From Vicugna vicugna (Eukaryota), in the NCBI GenBank assembly GCA_013265495.1, contig MU058781.1, forward strand, positions 7,421,009-7,485,008: a stretch of 64,000 bases of DNA, read 5' to 3'. A model generated the notes under the pieces. The model was not told the origin of the DNA. It ran no database searches and was given only the letters and a program-made list of their open reading frames with translations. The translations under genes were made by a program, and so were the position numbers. Positions 1-12,175 of the stretch are shown in pieces (position 1 is the first letter of the stretch; the number at the start of each line of letters is the position of its first letter).

Positions 1-59
1 TAATATTGCAGGTCATAGGATGTTAAAAAAAAAAAAAAAAGAAACAAGTTTTAATAGCT

Positions 60-1690
60 CCTCCCATTTTCCAAAGTGCTTGAAACAATTTGTGCTTCCA
101 GTAGCACAGAATGAAAGTTCCTGTTACTCAGAAATCCTTGACAAAACTTGAAGTTGTTAGTCATCTTAACTGTAGTCATTCTCATTGGTTTGTATATGTT
201 TTCTTGGAGTTTTAATTTGTGTTTCTTGTATACATAATGATATTGAGAACATATTCTTGGCTTTTTTTAACCATCTCAGCATTTTGTTTTTGTTATTTGA
301 TAACTAAAAAAATGTTGGGTTGCCTAATTTTTAAATTTATTTGAATACTTTTTTATATATTAAGAAACAAGCAAAATTTACATTTTAACCAATAGTTTTT
401 CTGAATTTGTGTATTAATGCCAATTGTTTGTTTATAGGTCTTGTGTGTTTTCTGTAAGTTTTATTTCCTTCCTTTTTCCTTTTTTTTTTTTTTTTTTTTT
501 AATTTTTCCTTTTTTATTTTTTAAAATATTTTTTTTTTTTTACTAACTATGACCTTTAATAAAATGCCAAATAGATGTAGTGATCTAGATCTGAGGGGGA
601 AATTTGTATATTTTACCACTAAATGTGGTATTTATTGTTTGTGTCATTTAGATACCCTTAATCGAGTTAAGAGAGTTTCCTTTCCCCCCTTGTTTGCTAA
701 GAGTTTTATCGTGAGTGGGCAATGATTTGTAATTAACTTTTTATTGAAGTAAACATCCATACATGTAAGTGCACGAATTATAAGGATATAGCTTAAAAAT
801 ACTAGTGAATCCACATTACCACTGTGCCTTGGTGTTATCTGTTATTTCCATTTCAGTATTATAGAAGGTATGGGGTAGTAGTGACACATCTTAAATTAAC
901 CTGCATTTTCCTATTGAATAATGAAGCTGAACACAGTTTTTCTATGCTTAGTGACCATTTGAATATCCTTTACAGTAAAGTGTAGAATTTTTTGCTGAGT
1001 TTTCTATTTGATTTCCTGAAATTTTTTGGATTGATTTATAAGTTTTCTTTATGTGTTCTTAGATTAGCCCTTTTCAGATATATGTATTGAAAATTTCTTA
1101 ATCCACTCTGTGGCTTGCTTTTACACTTTTTTAGAGTATCTGTTGATAAAGAATCATATTTTATAATGATCTAATTTAATTTTAATTTATGGTTATTGAT
1201 TTTGGGTTTTGTTTTTTTGTCTATACTAGCATCATGAAGTTTTCTCCCAGGTTACCTTTTAAAATCTCCCTTTTTCATGTGTGCAGTGAGATAATGGTCA
1301 ATATTTTTTCCCATAGTGTTGTCTAGTTGATCTAGCACCGTTTATTGAAAAAACCATTCATTAGCTAGTGCTCTGCACTGTCACCTTTGTGGTAAAATCA
1401 GGTGACCATGAATGTATAGGTCTGTGGCTGGATTCTTTATTCTGTTTCATTGGGCCATTTTCCTTCCTATGCCAACATCAAATTGTCTTAAGGAGATTTA
1501 TTCTAAATTTGTACTAATTAAGGTCTCCTGCTTTGTTCTTTCTTTTCAATAGTGCCTAAGGACTTTGTTCTTTCCCTTAATTTCAGAATATGATTGTAAA
1601 TTTGACAAAAAATCCTACTGCAATTTAAATGGATTACATGTAATCTATGATCTGTATGGGTAGAATTGATGATTTTACTATACCAGGAAA
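60..1690 (-). mobile_element. Ancient L1 (L1M) ORF2 fragments, interrupted by poly-T tracts
   Basis: Antisense L1 ORF2 wording: 'tttccaaagtg...gaatgaaagttcctgtt', 'gtttgctaagagttttatc', 'ctagcaccgtttattgaaaa', 'ctgtggcttgctttt'. T-rich tract at ~471-541. Confidence 0.8.
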
Positions 1691-1729
1691 TAAACCAAAA
1701 GTTTACAAAAGAAAGAGAAAATATAGACA

Positions 1730-1853
1730 CAGGTTTCCCTGCTATCCAAACTAGAGTGTTCCTTGGAAATTTTCATAAACCAAAATGGTATAAGCAAAGA
1801 AGCAATTACTTTAGGATACATCTTGCTAATAGATGCACAAAATAAGTCGAGAT
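1730..1853. mobile_element. TcMar-Tigger DNA transposon fragment
   Basis: 'caggtttccctgctatccaaactagagtgttcc...gcaaagaagcaattac...catcttgctaatagatgcacaaaataagtcgagat' resembles a Tigger end seen in laurasiatherian genomes. Confidence 0.55.
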
Positions 1854-2047
1854 GTTGTGCTAATTAACTTCTCTATACATATTAACTATCTTTAACTGCT
1901 GAAAAATTTTGTAATATATATTGTGGTTTTTCTGAAAAAGAAAAATATGAGGTTTAAAGAAATTGGGTATCATCTAAAGTCAAAAGTCATGAAGCTTGAC
2001 TCTGAGAGCTAGTCTGTGGGACTGAAAAAAACCAGGCCCATTTCTTT

Positions 2048-2638
2048 TTTAAATCTTTATTATGTAAGTTACAGGTGTACAATATAGTGATTCACAATTT
2101 TTAAAGGTTATACTTCATTTATAGTTATTATAAAATATTGTCTATATTCCCCATGTTGTACAATATTTCCTTGTTATTTTATACATAATAGTTTGTACTT
2201 CTTAATCCCCTACTCCTATCTTGCTTCTCTCTTTTCCCTCTCCCCACTGGTAACCATTAGTTCTCTGTATCTGTGACTCTGCTTCTGTTTTGTTATGTTC
2301 ACTAGTTTGTTGTATTTTTTAGATTCTAAATATAAGTGACATCATACAGCATTTGCCTTTCTCTGTCTGACTTATTTCACTTAGCATAATGTCCTCCAAG
2401 TCCATCCATGTTGCTGTAGGTGGTGAAATATCGTTCTTTTTTGTGGCTGAGTAGTTTTCCATTGTATATGTAAACCACATCTTCTTTATCCGTTCATCTG
2501 TTGTTGGACATTTAGGTTGCTTTTATACAAAAACACTAATTCAATAAGATGGTGACAGCAGCATTATTTACAATTGCAAGGTTTATTTCTTTATCCCTAA
2601 ACTTTGCACCCCAGTGTTAACAGCATTATTTATAATTG
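2048..2638 (-). mobile_element. 5'-truncated, 5'-inverted L1 (artiodactyl-type 3' end) with 16-bp TSD
   Basis: Antisense L1 3'UTR/ORF2 end at 2048-2524 ('ctgacttatttcacttagcataatg...ggacatttaggttgc'). A sense L1 piece follows at 2525-2638 ('aaaacactaattc...cagcattatttacaattgc'). Flanks are ccaggcccatttcttt (2032-2047) and ccaggctcatttcttt (2639-2654). Confidence 0.85.
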
Positions 2639-2659
2639 CCAGGCTCATTTCTTTATCCC

Positions 2660-2819
2660 CAAATGTCTTACATTTTCAGGTACATCTAAACTATCTAGGG
2701 ATCTTATTAAAAATGCAGATTCTGAATCAGTAGGGGTGGATTGTAAATAACAGCATTATCAAAAAATTCTCAGGTGATACCAACTCTGCAGATCCAAGGA
2801 CCACACTAAGTAACAAAGC
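2660..2819. mobile_element. MER5B-like hAT-Charlie MITE
   Basis: 'ggatcttattaaaaatgcagattctgaatcagtagg...caggtgat...ggaccacact'. Confidence 0.75.
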
Positions 2820-3362
2820 ACTTTATAATGTGTTGTAGGAAATTTGAATTAATAAACTAATTGGAATGCTAAATAACATTTCTAATAGAACCATAAAGAA
2901 TAACTGTATGAAATATATACAGTAAATATGTTAAATATATCAATTGTTATACTTAACAACTCAGGTGTTTTCATGGAAGTTCTGAATTGCCTTTATGAAT
3001 CTAGGTCTTAACTATAAAATAAAATCAGTATTTTCTTAGTCACTACAAGTTATGGATTTTTTTCTTGTTCTGGTGCATCAATAGAGATTAATTTTTAATG
3101 TCCATCATTGACTTAATTATGAATGAGCATTCACTAAAACAGAAGTAAAGAAGAATACCAAAAAAGACCAAGTTTAGTAATTCAGGTTTATTATACTATG
3201 AACTATAGGAGAAAGGAATGTATTCCCTCAAAAGGAATTTTTTACCTTGAACTTTTTTTACAGGTTGCTGTTACATACTGCCTAAAGATCACTTTTGAGT
3301 TGAGAAAGTAGTATTTTTATATATAGTAACCCAAGAATCACCCTGACCCCTATTCTTTACAG

Positions 3363-3575
3363 CTAAATAAACTGCAAAGCCGGCAGTCTTTGGTGTTCTG
3401 CCGGCAGGAGCATGGAGATAAGAATTCCCACTATGAACACTGTGTTATCCTTTTGCCACTATCTACTGATGAAACCTCAAAGGCCCTTTCAAACTGTCAG
3501 GGAAAGCACACACAAGGCGTTCTATGTGGATACGTATGGCAGGAAAGGACAGGGAGTTCTTGAATTCTACATCTT
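3363..3575 (+). other. Weak candidate non-coding/cryptic exon
   Basis: Branch-like CCCTGAC at 3341-3347, then 'tattctttacag' acceptor; donor TT|gtgagt at 3576. All three frames contain a stop within the exon. Confidence 0.2.
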
Positions 3576-5437
3576 GTGAGTACCTGACTTTCATCCTTAA
3601 AGCACTTTGTGTTTCTGCTTTTGGATGTAGCACAGAAGTGTGCTGCTGGGAAAGCTTCTGATAATAAAGGAAACACCAGGTGTGTGCTGCAACTAGAACT
3701 CAGGGGAAATTATTAGACTTCAGCATATGAGGCAGTACAGGGTCAAGTCTAGGGCTAAGTAGAAGAGAGCTCCGTGCTGATTAGCAAACAAACTACTTCA
3801 ACCTATTGGGTCACAGGTGGCAGGAAATTTAGATTATCAGCAAAGGGAAATATGTATCACATGGGAAGTGCTCAGAAGTGGAACATGTAATACTATTTCA
3901 TCAGTTTGGTAAGAGTAGGGTAGGGAGAAAGTTGGAGAGATTCAAAAATGTAAATATCATTTAGATGCACAGATAATGAACACGTTAACTCCCGATCTTG
4001 ATCAGACTTCACAGAAGTGCCTATGAATTTGAAACCAGGTAATATTATTTAGAAACCTGGGTCATTTAATGTCATGAACTAGATTTAATGTGATGGCAGA
4101 GACCAAGGCACAGGGATTCTTGACTCCTGGAGGGAATAAGAGTTTGCTGGGGTGTGTGCCTTGTGGACAGACATTTTCCTGAGAACTTATTTGTCTAAAG
4201 ATGGTTCTTGATTTTTGAGGTATCTCTGCTAGAAGATCCTGAGTAACCAGGTATGATTTCTAGAAGGGGGTCCTGGAAGAGAAGGAGAAAAAGTGTGCTG
4301 TAGTTGCGGGGAGCAGCCTGATACTGTCTCACTAACAAGGCCCTAGTGGCCCCTGCAGTGGTTACTCCACCTGCCCTAAAGCACAGACACTGCTGCTGGG
4401 TCCTTCCTTACCCAGGGGCTTTGAGATGGATATGAGATCATATTTATTGCGAGGTTTATCTTACAGAGTTCATACCAAGTACTCTGCTGGCATTGCTTAT
4501 AAAGCTTCAGATCACTTGATGGAGAGACGTCAGAAAGTTTCTACTCTTTTTCTTCGCCCAGAGGTCAACCTACATCTTTCCAGATGTGGAGAAAAATCGT
4601 TGGTTATGGAAATTTTTATATGAAAGTGACTATGTCCAAAACAAGCCATTATGATACTGTGGTCTTCCTTAAACTCTTTTAGGTACATGTTCAGTTCTGG
4701 TTTAGGGCTTTTCATTAACTTGCTCCTGTCTCTTTGGGCCCTACTGACAGTGAGCTTCGACTTAAAGGTGGAAAGATTTTGGGTGTGATGTATTTTAGCG
4801 GTAGTAAGCAGGGTTCAGGTTGCACGCAGTTCTGATCAGCTGGCGTAGCTCTCTAGAGCCCTGGACTGAGAAGGCTGCAGCTATGCCTGCAGGTCAACTG
4901 GAAAAACAAACGTCATGTACGGTTTCTAATGTTTTCCATGGGAGAAAATGGGAGAAATGGCAATACATGTTGATCCTGGCCAACTCTATTATTTTATAGT
5001 TGAGGAAACTCAGTTTAAACAGGGCAAAGTTTAAAGAGGTGAAAAGACCTAGGAAGCCTAACTCCCACTTCTCCATTCTTCCAGTTAGACCACCAGATGA
5101 GTGCTTTTCACTTTCGATGACTGTGTAGAAAATGAGGTAATGAGAAGGTGACCGTGGCTTGTTTATTATTATACACCGCTGGGGAGAGACTATGGAGTCT
5201 CATGAATTTATCTCACACCAGTTTGTATCCCTTTCGTTCCCCCACGCGCTGTCTCAGTGAAGATGTGCTATACTATTTGGAGAATATTATATGTATCAAA
5301 CATGATCTGGAGACAACAACTTGATATTGGAATAAAAGAGACCTTTTGGGTAACATTTTGTAAGTTGAGAGGGAACTGTAGCTCTTTGGACCCACTGATT
5401 AATGAATTAATTTCATGAATTCATGGTGTAAATCAGA

Positions 5438-5645
5438 AGGCAAAGTAATGTAGTGGAAAAAAACATTGTAGTGGGGTCCAAACCACATATCTGTCATTTA
5501 CTTGCCTATAAAGCTTTAGTAAAGTCATTAAATTTCTCTAGGCCTTGGATTCCTCATCTGGAAAAAATAGGAGTGAGAAATGCATGCATTTATAATTATT
5601 GGAATAATGTGTTTTAAGCTTGTGACAGTGTGACTAATAAAAATA
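5438..5645 (+). mobile_element. MIR SINE
   Basis: MIR core 'aagtcattaaatttctctaggccttggattcctcatctggaaaa'. Confidence 0.7.
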
Positions 5646-5787
5646 GCTGCTTAATATTAACTTTTGATATAAAATTTTACATAAAATTAAATAAAAAATA
5701 AAATTCTGGTTACTGGAATTTGGAGAGCTCCATTTAAAAATTTTCCTAATGCTCAGGCATCACAGCCTCTCCTAAATGCACTGAAAA

Positions 5788-5925
5788 CAGTGTTTCCAGG
5801 GTCAGCATGGGCGCCTGCTGCACCCCTGCCTGGGAATCTTGTTAAAAATGGAGATTTCTAAGAGTCATCTCACCCTAGACCTACTGCACCAAAATGTCTG
5901 GGGGTGAAGCCTATATTGTTTAACA
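5788..5925 (+). mobile_element. MER5A-like hAT-Charlie MITE
   Basis: 'cctgggaatcttgttaaaaatg...ccctagacctactgc...tctgggggtgaagcc'. Confidence 0.7.
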
Positions 5926-6081
5926 GACTTTTTTCTTGTTGGGAGCCCCAATGACCCTTTTCACCTCCTTAGTTCTAAATCAATTGAGAAGCAGGTAAAA
6001 GGACTCAACATATTACATTGATTACTTTTAAGACTTATGTTGGAAGAGGTGGTTTATGCCTGTAAGCCTGCTTTCTATTGC

Positions 6082-6123
6082 CGAGCTGTAGAATGAGAAA
6101 AGCGAGCTCCAGAATGAGAAAAG
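6082..6123. repeat. 21-bp tandem duplication
   Basis: cgagctgtagaatgagaaaag / cgagctccagaatgagaaaag. Confidence 0.9.
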
Positions 6124-7093
6124 CGTCCCCTTGGTCACAGGTAATGCTGAACCAGGAAGGCTCCCCACCAGGCTGCAGACTTCTAGAATGTGGGAGGGGA
6201 GAACGTAAGCCCTAAGGCCATTTCCATCCCTTGAGGAAGTGCAGGACCACCTGGGCTAATGTGCCACGTTTCTCCATTCAAAGTCACAAGTAGGCCACTT
6301 CCCTTCCTGCTGACAAGCAGAGTGTAGGGTTGCAGGCCAGAAACATGACTCCAATTTATATCCCTCCACATGAAAGGAAGCTTTATCTGTGAGGGAAAAA
6401 CACCACCGTGCCCTCACGCATCCTGAACAGTTTATACACACACTTTAAAGCACTCGTTGGTCTTGAGTCTCCATTTCTGTTCAGTAACCCTCTGTAGAGT
6501 ATCCCAGCCTCACCCTAGCATAGACTGGATGACGCTGTGTGCCTGAGCTGTGTGCAGGGGCTGAGTGTGCAAGTAAGAGTGGAGCCCGTGCAGTGTTGCT
6601 GCTGTGGCCCCCTGCTAGGGTTACGTGCGACTCTCTTGCCTGTCTCTGGGACGCCTGTGACTGCTCTGATCTTCTCCCAGAACTGTGAGAGGCTGTGGCA
6701 AACGAGGGCTCGACATACTCTTGTCAGCTGACCATTTTTCTAAACACTAAACTTTAAAGAATAAGGTAAGTAGGGATAGAAGAGAAAATTAAGATGGACA
6801 TAAAATAATAGGTATGAGAAGAAACAATTATTATTTAAGAACACAGATGACTTGGAAAAAATCTAGATAATCTATTTCTCTCACCTAAAAGCCATAATAT
6901 GCCAAGGATATATTTATTACAGATTCCCATGTATGGAATTTTTCTTATGCAGAATGTTTGCAATAAAGGCCATATTATGACTATTGATTGCCATTACTAC
7001 TAATTCTATGAATTATAACATAAAACAGTAGAAAAAAAAGATGATTTTCTGTTTGAAAAATAAAATCCTAGAAATATAAGAATAGAATATTTT

Positions 7094-7467
7094 ATTGGAT
7101 TATAATTGATTTACAATATTGTGTTAGTTTCAGGTGTAAAACATAGTGATTTGATATTTTCATACATTACAAAATCATCACCGTAAGCCTAGTTACCATT
7201 TGTCACCAAAGTTGTTACGATACTATGGACTGTTTTCCCTGTGCTGAACCCTGCATCCCTGTGACAGTTATTTTATAACTGGAAGTTTTTACCTCTTAAT
7301 CCCCTTCATCTGTTTTGATTTTTCCCCCCCCCCCCCCCATTTTGTTTCTTAGATTCCACATATAAGTGAAATCATACAATATTTGTCTTTCTCTGTCTGA
7401 CTTGTTTCACTTATTTCACCTTTAGGTCCATTCGTGTTGTTGCAAATGCCAATGGCAAAGTTTCAAG
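7094..7467 (-). mobile_element. 5'-truncated L1 3' end (L1MA9-like or laurasiatherian lineage)
   Basis: 'gtgttagtttcaggtgt...agattccacatataagtgaaatcatac...gtccattcgtgttgttgcaaatg'. Degenerate TSD agaatagaatatttt (7079-7093) / agaacagagtgtttt (7468-7482). Internal poly-C at ~7325-7338. Confidence 0.85.
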
Positions 7468-7619
7468 AGAACAGAGTGTTTTAGTGGTCTGGAAAGGCAA
7501 GGAAACAAGGGAGCTACCTGTCTGTTAACTTCCAATACCGTCTCCTCCACTAACTAGGATTTTTTTCAATAATAGACAAGTATAAATTATTTAAAATAGA
7601 GTTTGGCTGGGTTCTTGAT

Positions 7620-8840
7620 CACAAGAAGATATTTACAGCATACCTGATAAAGTATTAATCTAAAATAGGTAAGAAAATAGTTATAAAATACACAACAGAA
7701 AATTCTATAGAAAAAGGGGCAAATGAAATAATCAATTTACGAAAGAGAAACCTAAATAGCTGAGAAAAGTAATAAGAGATGTTCAGCCTCATCGATAAAG
7801 AAATACATAAAAGTGAAGCTGAATACTAGCTTGTGTCTATGTGATAGGCAAAAATAAATGTGAGCAACATCAAATGCTGGTGGGCTTGTGGAGAGGCTTG
7901 TATCGTCAGTCACTGGTAATTGTCATGAGGGCTGGTTCAGCCACTTTGAAGAACAATTCAGTAGTGAGAGTAAGTTTCCAGTGCCCTGTGATTCAGCAGT
8001 TCTCCTTTGGATTTTTCCCCGTGGGGAAATCCGGTACAAATATTTTTCTGCATGAGAACCTGTACAAAGATGAGGTATTTTGTTACAGTACTATTGATGG
8101 AAGCAAAGAATTGGAGGTACTGTAGGTGACCACCTTGTGAAGAATAGAGAGGTAAAATGCAGAATATGCACAAAAGGAATAATATACAAGAGAAATAAAC
8201 TAAATCTATACACGGAAACATGGGCAGATTTAAAAAACATAAGGCTGCAGCGATTAAAGATAAGAAATGTGAAATTAGTAGCAAAATAAAATTTATATAT
8301 ATTTTAAAATTACACAGAATGACATATGTTTTCATAGATACACATGTAAGAATAAGGGCCTGAAAATGAAACTGAATATACATACCTTAAATATTTGAGA
8401 ATAGGTATCTCAGGAGAGGGGAATGGAATTGGATAAAAGAGAAGCAGCAAGAAAAAGTGAAACCTCTTTGCTGCAGCATTATTTGTAATAGTGGAAAATG
8501 GAAAATGATCTAAAGACTCAGTAGTCAGGGAATGATAAAATAAATCATACCATAGCCAGATGGTAGCATATGATATACCCATTATAATCATGTCTTTGAG
8601 GAATACTAAGAACTTAGAAAATAGTATTAAGTAAAAAGAGGAAACAAAAAGTGTATAATATGGTACCATTTAAAAAATTTAAAAATGTAAACATATCTGT
8701 GTATATACCAAATACTGGTAAACAGCTAAGTATACCAAAATATTGACAATGGATATCTTTGGGTGTTTGGAATAAACATGGTTTTCATTGTCTTCTTTTC
8801 TCCATTTAAAAAATTTTTATCATGAGTAAATGATAAAATT
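7620..8840 (+). mobile_element. Ancient L1ME-type ORF2 end and 3' fragments
   Basis: 'aagagatgttcagcctcat', 'cagccactttgaagaacaatt', 'gcagcattatttgtaatagtggaaaa'. Confidence 0.7.
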
Positions 8841-8844
8841 AAAA

Positions 8845-9063
8845 ATAATAGTGGCTAGTACTTACTAATTGCTCGCTTTGTGCCAGGCACATTTCTAAAT
8901 ACTCGTATGTAGAGACTCCTGTACTCACTGCAGATCTGTGAAGTAGGTACTATAATTGCATCTACTTATCTTATACTTGGAGGTCTCTGAGACAGAAGTT
9001 GAGCAAATTACTGAGTGGCATTTTGGCTCTGGAGTCTGAGTATAACCACTATGCACACTGTCT
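8845..9063 (-). mobile_element. MIR SINE
   Basis: 'tgtgccaggcac...tgtgaagtaggtactat...taaccactatgcacactg'. Confidence 0.75.
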
Positions 9064-9673
9064 CCCCAGTTTCCTTCTTCCACACCTGGAAATAGAGCTT
9101 AATGTGAATTCACATTGTAAAATGGGGGTTTCTTAATAACAGCTTTGGGCCCGGGGAGGGTCCAACAGTACCTGGTGGGGAAAATGTTCGGGGAAGGGGA
9201 AGCAGGAGCCTGAAAGAGAGAAAAACCTTTTTCTAAATAGTGCCTTCAGTTCTAGAGCCAAGTAATATACACAGTTGCTTTAGGGAGACAAATAGCTTAA
9301 TCTAGTTTAGTTTTGTGTGCCTCCTCTGAGAAGAAAATACGAGGAGCAAAGAGACATGTCAGCTCGACAGGTCGTCACCCGAACATCTGTGGGGTTGTGT
9401 GCTTCATAACATACCGAGAACAGTTCTTGAAGGGAGTACTCGGGGAGGGGGGTGTCCTTCTTTAAAGAGATCACTGAATGCAAAGCTCTTCACACTTGGG
9501 GTGACCCACAGACAGCAGGTCTGCATCTCCACTGAGATCTTGGCATCGAGATGGGCCATTGAGACTGCCTCTCAACCTTGTGGCCACTTCCGTTTGTAAA
9601 AATCTCTGGTTAAGCTGTAACTCTCATAGTTTAACTTCCTTTATTTGCGATTTTGTGACATGCAGCCCCAGGT

Positions 9674-10023
9674 TACTAGTCAGGGCTGTCTGGGGAAACA
9701 GAACCAATGGGATAAATATATGAGGAGATTTATTATGGGAATTTGCTCACACAGTTATGGAGACTGAGAAGTCCTACCATCTGTCGTCGGCAAGCTGGAA
9801 AAACCAGTGGTGTAATTCAGTGCCAGTTGGCAGGCCTGGGAATTGATGGGCTGATGGTGCCAGTCTTGACTGGAGTCAGAGAGCTGGAGAACCGGGAGCA
9901 CCAGTATGGAAAGGCAGGAGAAGGTGGATGTCTCAGCTCACACAGAGAGAAAAGTCACTCTTCCCCTGCCTTTTTGTCTATTTGGGCCTTCAGCAGATTG
10001 AATGATGCTCACCCACATTGGTG
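9674..10023 (-). mobile_element. MLT2-family ERVL solo LTR
   Basis: 'tagtcagggctgtctggggaaacagaaccaat...gagatttattatgggaatttgctcacacagttatggagactgagaagtcc...gatgctcacccacattggt'. Confidence 0.85.
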
Positions 10024-10478
10024 GCAAAAAGGCAACACTTGCCTTTTGCATCCAAGTAATGACCGTTTTCAGGATTCAAACCCATTCATTGTTCCCCCAG
10101 GAGTTTGGTGTAACTGTTAAGGCTTCTGATATCATCTCGTATTTGAACATCTCACTCTGTCGTGTGAAAGCGCGGTCCTGTCAGGTTCCTCTCTTACCAC
10201 CCAGACCAGTGCTCTTCAAGCTCTGATCCTGGGCTCTTTTCCTGCCACAGGAACCTGATGAAACTTTCAGATGTTTCAGTGGGGCTGTGGGCTCTTGTCA
10301 ACACTAACCTGTGATGGTGCCCTTCGAAGTACTTTTTTCTCCAGTATTACGGTGAACTGGGAGATCTTATTTAGCATTTATTAAATAGTAAATAGCTAAT
10401 TACTCAAAGTAGCTATTTACATATTGAATTTATTTTTCTTGGCATCTTTAATGTCTGATTAACATTTTCTTCCTACAG

Positions 10479-10537
10479 CTGGAAGATACTTAGGCAGAAT
10501 AAAACATTCCCTTATTTAATCTCAAGTGGAATATATG
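10479..10537 (+). other. Candidate 59-nt internal exon (5'UTR, lncRNA or coding)
   Basis: Branch-like 'ctgat/attaac' and acceptor 'ttttcttcctacag|C'; consensus donor ATG|gtaagt. Lies in unique, non-repeat sequence. One frame is open (WKILRQNKTFPYLISSGIY) and the exon ends in ATG. Confidence 0.6.
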
Positions 10538-10864
10538 GTAAGTGTGATCATTTTAATTTGTGTCATTTATTAGCAGGAGAGAGGTGTCGTACAGGTGGGG
10601 TGCTCCATCACACGCCAGTTAGCAGGTGGCTTAGAGGGCAAGAGGGAAAACACTTTAACCAAGGGGATTATAGAAGTCACAGAAGTAGAAGTTCAGCTAT
10701 GGGAAAAATAGAGGAAATGACATTGGGATTCCTGATCTCGGAGACTGGGGACAGAGCTTAAAGTAATAATAACCCTGTGCAGATATCCTAGGAGAATACT
10801 CAAAATAGAAAGTCTGGCGCTCCCTTTGTAAAAAGTCACAATTTCTCTAACCACGTGAGAACCA

Positions 10865-11018
10865 CAGAAGGTTTTACGGCTGAAGGAGACCTTACTGATC
10901 TAATTAAAGTGCATCATGTAGATAAGAGAGAAGGAAACTGAGGCACAGAGAAGTCTTGCTCCATGCACTTTAAGTTAGTACCACGGACACATGTAAAATC
11001 CAAGCCTACTGTCTCCTG
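10865..11018 (-). mobile_element. MIR SINE
   Basis: 'ggaaactgaggcacagagaag...cttgctcca'. Confidence 0.7.
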
Positions 11019-11689
11019 TTGAATTTTTTAAAAATACTTACGGTAGCATTTTATTATTATTTTTTTGCCCCAGCCTTTGCTTTCTCAGTTGGTCCTCTGA
11101 TGGCCCACACCAGGGTGTTTCATTACGCTGCACTTGAATCAGGGAGATATCCAATATATGTTTTTAAAGAGGAACATGGCAGACTTACAAAGAGAGGTAA
11201 AGAAAGAGCAAATTAGAACAAAGCCACAAAGGAGCCCATGGCTTCAGAATTTGGAAACACCCTTGTAAGAAGGTGAGGTGCACCACAGAAAGGAAGGGGG
11301 CTGGTTTTGCTAAGAAGCAGCGCTGCAGCTCGCTGTTCATCTGGTTGACCTGTTGAGCTGCTTTTAGTCTCTGAAGGCACAGATGCAGTGTATCTCTGTT
11401 TTTAACAAATCTTAGCAATTCAACAAATATTTGTTTAATCATATGAACAAACTTGGTTGTAAGATTGTTGGAAACAAGAAGTAAGTCGGTCTCTTTGGTT
11501 TCCAGAGCACTGAGTGCAGAATAAATTTTATTAACTTTTTGAGAAAATATGTTGGATCGATTGAATCCAACACGCTCCTCGAGGCTTTCGGAGACTCCAG
11601 CCTTCTTCCCTGGGTTGAGTTATTTTGGGATGATTTTCCTTGGTATACTGCCCATTTACAAATGGGGGGCTGATACTTAAAAGTAGATA

Positions 11690-12175
11690 GCTTCTGCTGG
11701 ATTCTCTGCCTTCCCTCTCCGTGTTTCTCCACCCTGCCCTGTACAGTGGGAGGCTGGTTCATAGGAGCCGCACAGACCAGCTCCCGTGCTCTCTGGTTTC
11801 TAGTTGGGTTCAGTCAATGGAGAGCCTTGATAGGAGACGGGAGATTTAGGTCTGGATATTTATTCCTCTAGCTTCCTCCCTGAGAAGGTACTTCAAAGTT
11901 GTCTCTGTCCCTCAGCTTAAGGTCTTAGGGTCTCAAGGTGGCCTTCTAATCACTATTTTTTCCTTCTGAGTACCATTGGCCACCCCCATGTCTCACTTCT
12001 TTGGGTCTGGGAGTGAGAGTGGCTCTGCTCTTAATTCCAGCAGGTTGTTGTGCTCTTCCTTGAGAGTTTCCTACATCTCACCCATGTATTTGTAAATAGT
12101 TCATTATGCCCTCGTCAGATTACTCTAGTTTGAGTATGCCAGCTGTCTCATCTCGGACTCAATGCCTGACTAATT
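11690..12175 (+). mobile_element. LTR33/LTR16-type ERVL solo LTR
   Basis: 'ctctggtttctagttgggttcagtcaatggag', 'ggatatttattcc', and 3' end 'tttgtaaatagt...tttgagtatgccagctgt...cctgactaa'. Confidence 0.75.

Noticed and set aside
5091..5105. CTCF-like motif ccaccagatgagtgc
   Set aside because: It deviates at the core GGC positions, and such near-matches are expected by chance.
7958..8669. Hydrophobic 141-aa and 119-aa ORFs that look like membrane proteins
   Set aside because: They are the T-rich antisense strand of a decayed L1; the hydrophobicity is compositional.
9743..10120. 125-aa ORF
   Set aside because: Mostly within the MLT2 LTR.
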